In this document: in pieces, positions 54,006 to 64,000 of the stretch
Numbering within the stretch: position 1 is the stretch's first letter
How the letters are laid out: every line of letters begins with the position of its first letter
From: Gnetum montanum
Lineage: Eukaryota > Plantae > Gnetophyta
Assembly: GCA_015680685.1 (NCBI GenBank)
Contig: MNCI01002706.1
Location: 304,712-368,711 of the forward strand
Length of the DNA stretch: 64,000 bases
Direction: 5' to 3'
The notes under the pieces: model-generated
What the model was told of the DNA's origin: nothing
Database searches by the model: none
What the model saw: the letters and a program-made list of their open reading frames with translations, nothing else
Translations under genes and position numbers: made by a program

Positions 54006-57000
54006 TCATAGAACAGGAACTGGTCCCGAGTGCTTCTCCTCTGACTCCTTTCTTCGATCAGGATCAAGGCTACAATCAAAATCAGTTAATACTTAGCTCT
54101 TAAATTAAGTTCATACATTAAAAGAAAAAATATGAAAGAATAAATTCAGCACAGCCAAATCTACCTGTTCCTTACTCCAAGAAGAGCCCGATGAACTGCC
54201 CCCGCAGCTGCAGATGCTGGTGCAAACGCTGCTGCTGGAGCAGCTTGAATGGCTGTCAAAACAGCATGCCCAGCACCATCTCCACGTGCATATGATTTCA
54301 CCGGATTTCTAATAAGAGAGGAGGCTGTTCTCTCCAATCCTCGTGTCATAGTTTCACAAGCCTGCGAACCACCCAAAAATAAAAATAAAAATCAGTGTAC
54401 ACTGCAAGTGTCGTATAACTGTTTCAAAACTACCAACCTTCCTTGAAATGTCAAAAATTTAAGAAAATACTGTTAAAATATCATGATAAGTAAAAACTAA
54501 CTTGTAAATTCGAGAATGAGAGGTTTCAGTATGAGAAAGGAATTCCAAAGTTTGCTTAATTTTATATTTGACAAATAAAAACATTGCCTCACATCATATA
54601 TATTATTCACCTGTTGTAGGCCCTGACAAGCATTTGCAGGTTGGCTACCTTTTCTATACATTTCCAAATTCTCTTTAGATGAAACGGAAAATGAAGGTGA
54701 AAGGTTCCCGAGAGCAGATTCTGTGTGTGTGAGTATTCCATGAGCTCCAGATGCCAAATGAAGCCCGCAACTAACGGCTTCAAGCGAAAAACTCCGAGCA
54801 AATGCAAGCATCCCTAGCGAAGCCACGGAAATCACTAACGACATTAATCTCTAGCTTCAAGCCATCGTTTCCAAGTAACTCATGAAAGATGTAATTATTT
54901 GGTGGCAAAAGTAGAAGTTTGAAATCTATTACATATACCGTAAAGTTAACCTGGATTCTAAAGCGTCAATATGCTAAACATACCAAACTGATATGTTTGT
55001 CACACTTCTCAAAAGGAAATTGTAGTTTACCGAATTGATTTCTTCTTAACATGTCCAAATTATCATATGGTGTCCGGAAGATTCTTCTTTATTCATTCTC
55101 GGACACATGAAAACATTCCACAAAGTTTCATTACAAATATAACAACAAAAAATGAAAAGAAAAGCCTTGAAAGGATTGGGAAGAATAACATAAATATGAA
55201 TGCAATCAAAAGCTACACTCTACAGGTATCCTAAGTAAGGGCAAAGGTAGGCTTTCAGAGTTTTCAAATATTGGAGTTTCATTGCATCTGAATTGAGACT
55301 ATGAAACACAAAGAATCTATTGGAAAAGGATCCAGTTTCGGCCATTTCTTTTAAAATTCCTGTATATCTCAATATAGCACACCAGGAGTCAATTTTTGAA
55401 TTGTAGATTCATCTACAAGAGTTAGGTTCAAAAGCTTAAGCCCAACTTCAGATCCCTACCATGCCAAGTATACAGGTTAATTGCAAATTTTGGGGGCCAA
55501 AAAACCTCAATGTCACTGGTCCTTCGAGTTTAAAGGCACTATTGTATATAAAACCTAAATGAAACTGAATGTTTTATTACATCTTAAGGCCCAAAGGATC
55601 TATTTGACAGTATTACCAAGGGTCCTCAACAGTGCTACGTAAGGGTAATCAATAAAACAGATAATAGAAAATACAATAGGCAATTACAATAGGGTATCTA
55701 ATAGCTGATTAGGAAAATGGAGAAAGTAAATAAAAAGGAACTTACTAATGCTGCAAGTAATTACAAGTCAGCTTCTCAACTTGGCAAATCAATGAGTGAC
55801 CTTCACAACAGAAAGATCGTTGTGAATTCTAATCGCAAAGAGAGAATAAGTTTGAATATAGACTGGAAAACTGGAAAATGTTGGTACCTTATGACACCCA
55901 AACTATAAAGGAAAGGCAACACCACTCTTTCCTGTTACTGTTCAAAGTACGTGCGACTTCCAAAAATAATAATCGCAACGATGGTAAGATACAATTTCCC
56001 TACTGGGAACTAAAAGTTTTTGACTCTACTGACAATGTCAACACCTCAGATTTACTCTTACAAATCTACAAAAACCCTCAGCTATCGATCTAGACTCTTA
56101 CAGTGACATTTCAAAAATAAGCTTTAACTTTGAACCACCATTAACTGCTTAAGAACAGAGTTAGCGCATCTTGGCTATTGAAAAACAATTATCTGTCCAA
56201 GTTTAATGTCTGATTCTACAATAATAACTAGCATTTTTTTTTTAATTTGAAAGAAAATAAGTATAGAAAAGCGTAACTTTTTGTAGCGTTAAGTGAGAGA
56301 ATGAAACGCAAACAGCATTATCTTAGAGACTTTGGACTCCATATAAACGGAGTCATATATTTGATAATATTTTAAAAAAAAAACCCAAACGCACGGCTCC
56401 ATCACTAAAATGTCAAAGGAAAAGAACTTCCTCATGAGCAATTAAACTGCCCTCAATCATGCCGTTTGCTACTGGTCTAATGCATATCGCATATGTTTAT
56501 GTTTCGAAGGAAACACCCTATGTTTGAAATGACATATTGCAAAATTTAAACAATGAAGAAATGCTTTCTGGTATAGAATTATCTGGAAAAGAATCAAGAG
56601 TAAAGAGGACGGTTCTTCTAGTAGCATCATAAGCTGAAAGGAACAACAACATTATTCATCAGGCTGATGAATCATAATGAAAGAGGTTTCATGATGGAAG
56701 ACTGGATTTAACAGTTCAAAATTCCACACGAAGCCAGAACATAAATAGTAAATTTCTGTGGCCCAGCAGTGGAATGTAGACAGGCTTGATTGTGCCCTTC
56801 CTACAACTCAAAAAGCTAATTATGAGAATACATATCAGTTGTGCCTTCTAGTTCTCAAAGGCCACATCATCAATGTCAGTCCTGCAATCTCACGTATACA
56901 TAACTAGATGTTAGTGTATTTGACAAATCTTCACGGTTTGCCGTGAGACTCAAAAATTGAATGTTATCATATTTGTAGGAATATAAATACTGCACTGTTA

Positions 57001-60000
57001 CCATCAAAACATTCATTTCTTTGGTTTTTCTCAATATAAAATATCCAATTTTTTAGAAGCTATAATGTTAATTTGTTTATAACTTTAATCTTTGCAACAG
57101 AAATTCCTAAGCGCTATGAGAACATTCGGCCCAACCACCTGTCGTAGCAAGGTTACACAATAATTGAAAAAGAAATATACTAATAACAATGACTCCAACT
57201 CAATTAGCAACATTACAAGAACAACAAACAGCATATAAATATGCAAGGCGTGAGAACGATCGATTAACAAGAGAAACTCAACCCAAACCATATACAAGAT
57301 AGGAACTCAAAAGCATCCTGACCTAAATTAACTTCAGAAATGCTACAGCTGCTCCAACATCAATTCAGGCATAATCCAGAAACCATCAATGATGAAATTC
57401 TGGAAGGAAAGAAAAAAACAATTTTTTTATTACACATAGCATTTGCAGTGGCTAAATACCTGCTGACCCATTAACAGTATCAAGTTATAAAAACAACGAA
57501 AAAAGATCAACCAAAATGTTGAAATGATTCTAAAGACATTTACAATGTTACCCGTCTGTAACGGACAGTCAGGATTCTATACTCCTAATTCTAAGAATAA
57601 TTAGAAAATAACAGTTATCTAATAATTGAAAAAAGAAATGCCTGACACGTTCAGTTGATGTAACCAAAAGAAAAAAGTAAATAAAGGAACTTATATGCAC
57701 CTACAATAGTCCAAAATCCAAAAAGGAACTCAAGCTGTTGGCATTGCTGATGATAATGCATGTCCTGAAAAGTTTCCAATTAGAATGTTGCAGAAATATC
57801 ACAGCAGCAAAATTGAATGGGAGAAATTTTTTGTGATGACCATGTTTTGCCTTTGGAACAGCACGGAGGCTGCTGTTGGTGCCAATTTTATGCTCTTAAC
57901 TGTTGCAAAACAGATCTGGAATCATCTTAAATAAACATATTCTCAGGAACACATAATTCTAGGGTCTATAAGATGTTTGAATAGTTATTTTCTTTGAAGA
58001 AGCGGACTAAAATATTATCTGAATACGCGTTATCAGTTAATATGTTATCTGAAGAGGTTACACGTTATCGGTTAATATTTTACCTGAAGAAGTTACTCGT
58101 TATCAGCCATTCACCACCAATCTGGATCAGCAGAAGGAGGAGGAATTTTTGTTATGGAAATACATATGTTTTTCAAAATGGCTAGAAGTCTGGTATTTTT
58201 TTTTTAATGTTCTTTCCATATCGCAGTTCCAGACAATTCCAGTCACATCTGTCATTTTGAATCTCTAAAATGAAAGAACAATCCATGATTCCATCAACAT
58301 TTCAGAAGTATGATGCGAGTCACGAGGAATATGTTTTAGTGTTGTTTAATAATGATTGTGGCTCAAACTTGGATATGCCCTTGGTTAATGTAGATGCTTG
58401 GTACTGATGGTGTTACTTGGATACATATGGCATAATCCAAATGGGATGTAGGTCATCATGGTTAGATGGGTAATGGAATTCACATTCATGCTATTGGCTG
58501 CATATCATGGTTGGTTTATTAGTAGTAATTTGGTGGCATTCATGTAGATTAATAGTATTAGCGTAGGACATGTGTAGGTTATATCATACATGATAGATGG
58601 ATAATGGAATTTGGATTCGTGCTATTGGCTGCATATCATGGTTGGTTTGTTCAGTTGTAATTTGGTGGCATCCATGTTGATTGATAGGATTATCTTAGGA
58701 CGTGTGGGTTATATCATCTCACAACTAAGGCCTAGATATTGAACTGAAACTGAAACTGACACCCAGAGAAGTAATCCAGCATTTCGTGAAAGGACAAAGC
58801 AAATTGGAGTGGACTGTCACTTTATAAAAGAAGTTTTCCTGGCTAAGAAGATATACACTCCTTGCATAAATCTAAATATCAACTTTGGTGATATTTTCAC
58901 AAATGCAGTATCTAGGTCAGTATGTAACAAGCCAATCATGAGGGATACATATGCACCAGCATGAGCCATCATTGTTATCATCATCATCATTCTAGCCTTA
59001 TCCCAATTGTATGGGGTCAGATATATATGCACCAGCTTGAGTGGGACTGTTAAATTACATTGTATCTAGACTGTGGCATAGGTAAATTCTATCTAGCCAT
59101 ACTTTTGTCCTTTGCTTATTATTATTTATTGTTGTGTGTGACAAACCTCGGAATCATACTGAACTCTCTCTTCACATTGCCTTCTCTAGGGACTGTACTT
59201 TGCTAATTGACAATAAGATAGCATGATACCAAGCCATTTTGTCCAGTGTTAAAATAAAACACCTACCACGAACATCCACCAAAGAAAGATGCCATTGACG
59301 GTTACATCCGAGTTGGATGATTCAAATTCAGCCTAAGACTAGGCTTGATAGTAAACCCATACATCTAGTTTCACTATAAGAAACCTACCACAAGAAGTTG
59401 GGAAACCATACCAAGAATAATACTGGAAAGAGACATATCATGGCTTTAATTCTTGATTCCTAGTTTACCTCATCATATCATCATCATCATCATCATCATT
59501 ATGCCAGCCTTATTCCAACTACATGATATCAGCCATATAATTTCTTTTCCACCATTCACTTCTATTGAAAGCTAAATAAGCATTAACACCCAAATCTGGA
59601 GGAGATATTGCTCAAGCTATGCAGAGATATTGGTCAAGTATCTAAAGGAGGGGGGAATCTCCCCTTGTTTTGGTTCCAATCCAGAAAGTGGTTGGGGAGG
59701 TGGATAACCAAAGGCTCATTGCACCCATTACTAAACAGGAGTTGTCAGAAGCTATGGAAATGCTCAAAAGTGCTAAGGCTCCGGGACCTGATGGATAGCC
59801 CATTCTTTCATGAATTCACAGACATTCTAGGAGGCTATATATTGGATGCCTTTAACCTCATGCTGAAATGGCAGCAAGTCCGACATAAGATCAAGTGTTC
59901 CAAAATCGCGCTCATCCCAAAGACCACTAATCCAGTGGAGCCATCACACTTCAGGCCCATTGGAATGTGCAACATGCTCCTCAGACTCTTTACAAAAATT

Positions 60001-63000
60001 CTGGTAAAACGTCTCCAGCAGCTGATGCCAACCTTGGTTGGTATCCAACAGGCGGGATTCATCAAAGGCATATTCATACATTACTAGATCCTTCTCCTGC
60101 AGGAGGTTATGCATTCATTCAATGTGCCAAGTTCCCATGTATGTGTATCAAACTAGATATAACCGAAGCTTACGACATTGTCCATTGGAGTGCCCTCCAA
60201 GATATCATGCTCAGGAAGGGAATTCATCCCAATTTCGTTAACTTATGCATCAACCTCCAAGCCATGGGGGCATACTCCTTTGATATTAATGGACAGTTCT
60301 AGGGGTTTTCCTCCCCCAATACAGGCCTTCACCAAGGGGACCCTCTCTTGCCATACTTATCACCATGGATACCATGAATCTTTCCTATAGGATGGAAGGA
60401 GTCAGAGGGCTACACATTGAAGAGGTAAATTGTATCACCAAACATTATGCTAACATCGTTGTCCCGCAAGCACAAGTAGTGAATAGTGTGCTTAATAGAC
60501 TGGCACAAGAGGTAGGGCTGGAGCTCAACAAGGGGAAATCTTTGATCCACTTCTTCCACACTCAAGGGACTATCAAAAATCAAGTGTGCTAGGAGCTCAA
60601 GATCTTGCAAGGAACGATACAAGATTCCTCCCTGAGAATGCATGTATGCATGGAATAGGAAAACATCATGGAAAAAGCTAATTCAAAAACTTCAATTGCA
60701 AGAGGGGCACTGGACCTCATGCTTCCTCACACAAAAAGGTAAGATCATCCTAGCTACTTCGGTTCTTTCCACCATTGCTAGATTTGTTGCCTCTGTCACC
60801 ATTCTTCCAGAAGCTGTAATTAGCAAAGTAGATTAAATTATTCGAAATTTTATCTAGTCTGGAGAAAAAGGGTGCGAACAAATGCACCATGTCTAATAGG
60901 AGAAGGTTGCTAGACCTAAATCGGTGGGGCGTTTGGGGGTGCTAACGTTTGATGATGCCATCCTAATGGGATATCAAGGGATCATAAACAGATTCATGCA
61001 AAATGATGAGTACCCAGCTCAATGGGTTCTTATTCTTAAGAACAAATATTGGCTGTCAACCACTGACACCCAGGATTTTCACATCTGGCATAACCTCTAG
61101 AACCATGTGCATAAGGTAAGTCAATGGGGAATATTAGGTACGCAACCGCATGATATCATCAAGCACAAATACCCTATTGTTCTTAGTTGGGGGCCCACCT
61201 GGAAAGGCCACCTACCGAACAAGATAAATGCTTTATCTGGCTCCTTTTATAGGGCATGCTGCCGATGCAATCATTACTACGGGAATGGGGACTGCATTTA
61301 AATGACACCTATCCCTGTTGTAGTTCTACAGAGGAAACAATCCATCACTTCGCATATCTCTACCCCTTTGTTGCTACTATCTAGAGAGCCACTACCATCC
61401 AACTGCTGATGCACTTGCATGGTGACATGCCTAATGCTACCATTCTCTAGCGCCTCTAGAAAGTCCGCAACAAGCTTATTTTTAGGTCAATGCCTCTTAG
61501 ACTACTAGTGCAAGTTGTGTTCCTTGGGCTACAATTGTGGAAAGAAGCAGTGGCAGCAATGGGTGTGACCCCTACATATGAGCCTAACTATGAGAGCTTC
61601 CAGAGCAACTAGGTGCTCTAGGATATGGTCATGTGAGTGCACTAGGCCAACCTCTTGCCCTTGCTCCTAGGGAACCCCAACCTGGCTGACAAGGCATTCT
61701 ACAAACAATGGAGAGAAGACTCCACTATGTTCCACGACATCTGCATCTCCTTGACTAAGGCGACTATCGTAGGGTACCGAAGGATGGGGAGGTGGTCTTG
61801 CCCATGGATAGGGAGCTACAAGATGCAAAAGGTTTCTTTAACGGGCTGGTGCCCAAGATGGATAGTGATCAGGTCCTGAAGTCTACACTACCACAGCTCT
61901 AACAAGACACAGTAGAGTTAGTGGACCGCTACTTCGTGCATTCTGAGAACATCTAAAAGCTGCAAGGGGCACACTTCACCTTCTTGAGGTGTTGGCAACT
62001 TGGCTACAAGGTCAACAGCCCAAAATTCCTATTGGCCTCGTTACATAGGGGGTGGGCCGTCATTCTAGTTTGATTTTGGCTCTCTGGCAAGCTGCTCCGC
62101 TGCTAGATTCACCATCTACTCAACCTTCACCTTTCACAGCTAGCTATGAGCAACGTTGTAATATTAAAGGGGCTTCCTCTTCGTCAACACTAGTGGCTGG
62201 CGGTGGTGTAGGTGGGCTAGGGGATGGGTCTAGGTTAGATTCGCAAAAGTCTACCACCAACCACCATTTAATGTGCATAAGCAAATCATGCAAGTTGTAG
62301 GTGCACTCCGCAATGAACTACAAGCAAAATACGATGAGGACCTTGCTAAGGCCACTGTGGAAGTGGAGGCCAGGGTGCACACAAAAGAAAGGGCTACTTG
62401 GAAGGGAAAGCTACAAAAGCTGGAGCAAAAGTAACATCTACTCTCTAAGCAAAAAGAACAGCACCACATGGAGGCCGCCATCATGAACGAGTTGAGGATG
62501 CTTTGTGTGCATAGATAAAGGAGGAGCACGAGTGCAAAAGAAGGGCTAAAGAAGAGGAGGAACAGCAAGTTAGAGACTAGTTGGAAGAGCAACAAATGAA
62601 GCATAGCCAAGATGCCACCCATGAGTCAAATGCCCATCGTTAGCTGCAAATGGGACAATGCCCTTACATCATCATGGACGTTAACTGAAATAATGCATGG
62701 CACACCTTGCACAAATTCATTCAGATCACCACAGGCAAGTTGCATCCTAATGGGGCTAGAGGGATGGAAGCCGAGGCATGCAAAAAGCGAGAAGAATAGT
62801 ACAAACAATTCCAAGAGGCTACTGCCTTCATGGCTTCTAAACATCACAAGGTAGTTCTGGATGCCATCCATGCCTAGGAAAGGGCTCACTGGCCCTGCAA
62901 GAGACTGCAAAGATGTCTTTAGTGTCAAGTTCTAGGGTGGGGTGGGGTGGGGTGATGATTGGGGGTCTCTTCCCTTTTAGGGGGTATGGGGGGGCGGGGA

Positions 63001-64000
63001 GCAATGGTTTAGGGCCCTTTGGGGGCCTTGCAGTCTTGTGTGTGTTCTATTTTCTCTCAGTCAGGGGAAGATATATCCCCTGAAAGTTTTGCTAGGGAGC
63101 CTTTACCCCCAATTTTGCTTTAGCAAAAGAGGTTCTTCTCCCCTCCCCTGTCAAATTGTACATACACCATTCCCAATTTGATTATAATATTAAAAGCCCC
63201 GACCTCCTTTCAAAAAAAAAACACCCAAATCTTGGGCATCTTTCTTTATGCTTACAAACCAAGTATGTTTGACTGGGAATTATATTTCTTCTAGTAATTT
63301 TCAAGTTGTAAGGCCTAGGTTTGAGCCTGGGCATAGCCACATTAAAAGAGGTTAAGGCTTTCACTTATCTACCAGCCCTCTTGGGACCCACCAGGAAGGA
63401 TGAATATTAAGCCTCCAAGTGATAACCTTTTTAAGTTTTGATGTTACAGAAAAGATCAATAAAGCAAGGAATTTACATGCAAAAACTGCATTCATATGTA
63501 TAATATTTTCAACTCAAGTTATTACAAAATTTCTAAATTATTGATAGGAATCACTCTGAAATCATAAATGGATTAAGAAAAGCCTAGTGCAAAATATAAG
63601 CAACAGCTTCCAAATGCATATACAGAAAGATAAATTATATATGTATATATTCAACTGATGTTGAAACTCAACCTCGCTGTAGGCGACTTATGAGAGGACG
63701 ATCTTTTCTATAATGCTCAGCTGGACCAGACACTAATTTTGATACCCCACGAACCAAGGCCAATAATGATCGAATAGGTGGAACTCCCTCAAGCACATTA
63801 CGAACCTGGAATAGATAGTGTTCGCAAGTAAGAATATTTTCCAAAGAGAGAAAATGATTATTTATATCTAACAAGTCCCATAATACAAGGTCACCTGATT
63901 CTGAGCAATATCTTCAAGCCAATTCCCTACAACAATTTCCGATAGACTGTTCCAGCCATACACACCAGTAGTCTCAACTCCCTTCAGGTGTAACTCAATG
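54006..64000 (-). CDS. ATG2: Autophagy-related protein 2, C-terminal part (gene continues beyond the window)
   Basis: Exons 63895-64000 (IELHLKGVETTGVYGWNSLSEIVVGNWLEDIAQNQ), 63673-63805 (VRNVLEGVPPIRSLLAL..SRLQRG), 54611-54813 (MLAFARSFSLEAVSCGLHLASGAH..QPANACQGLQQ), 54165-54361 (ACETMTRGLERTASSLIRNP..ALLGVRN) and 54006-54069 (SLDPDRRKESEEKH..*). All introns GT-AG with consistent phases; matches the ATG2 CAD/ATG_C region. Confidence 0.93.
58447..58718. repeat. About 130-bp imperfect tandem duplication
   Basis: tgctattggctgcatatcatggttggttt..gtaatttggtggcat..taggac..gttatatcat occurs twice. Confidence 0.8.
58966..59024 (-). mobile_element. Ultra-short 5'-truncated RTE-type retroposon tail with 17-bp TSD
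   Basis: (cat)n..gccttatcccaattgtatggggtcag flanked by atatgcaccagc(a/t)tgag at 58949-58965 and 59025-59041. Confidence 0.7.
59470..63275 (-). mobile_element. RTE LINE 3' end split by the L1 insertion (pieces about 59470-59597 and 63220-63275)
   Basis: Rejoined minus strand reads TWFVSIKKDAQDLGVNAYLAFNRSEWWKRNYMAD..* followed by a (GAT)n tail, typical of a plant RTE C-terminus. Confidence 0.75.
59598..63219 (+). mobile_element. 5'-truncated L1-type LINE with 13-bp TSD AACACCCAAATCT and poly(A); ORF2 extended by an accessory module
   Basis: RT motifs IALIPK..HFRPIGMCN..KILVKRL..QQAGFIKG and KLDITEAYD; zf-RVT PCCSSTEETIHH; L*RL*KVRNKLIF. A-tail 63212-63219; TSD at 59585-59597 and 63220-63232. 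Confidence 0.9.

Larger units (their letters stand above)
57720..59212 (+). mobile_element. Ty1/copia remnant in the ATG2 intron (gag start, RNase H end, PPT, short 3' LTR 59048-59212)
   Basis: NITAAKLNGRNFL; LWNSTEAAVGANFMLLTVAKQIWNHLK*TYSQ; NPAFRERTKQIGVDCHFIKE; IYAPA* then gagtgggac then TG..CA. Confidence 0.75.

Noticed and set aside
55700-57300. Short ORFs within the ATG2 intron, and similar short antisense ORFs over TE remnants
   Set aside because: No recognisable motifs; they are shadow or chance frames.

Overview
AT-rich eukaryotic land-plant DNA; the lineage cannot be fixed from sequence alone, and the divergent ATG2 suggests a non-model, possibly non-angiosperm plant. About 50 kb (1-49.5 kb) is a nest of decayed Ty3/gypsy LTR retrotransposons. 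These are an Ogre/Tat-like gag-protease element carrying a spliced antisense accessory gene, a CRM/chromovirus-like remnant, and at least five Athila-like pieces, including one full element (22314-33769, TSD AATGT) and a solo LTR (46668-47490, TSD GTAAA). A 1.6-kb cassette of co-oriented host-gene fragments (UFD1-like, OSCA/ERD4, LRL-type bHLH) lies at about 13.9-15.5 kb. The only intact host gene is the 3' part of ATG2 (minus strand, 5 exons visible), whose 8.9-kb intron holds a copia remnant, RTE tails and a TSD-bounded L1 LINE. Main discovery: three unrelated retroelement types appear to carry the same accessory module, a Transposase_32/PMD-like domain plus linker plus long coiled coil. It appears as the Athila-like sense ORF2, as the Ogre-like spliced antisense gene (there fused to a degenerate FCP1/NIF HAD-phosphatase domain), and as an in-frame C-terminal extension of L1 ORF2 in place of RNase H. 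All family assignments are from manual motif recognition and need HMM or structure confirmation.
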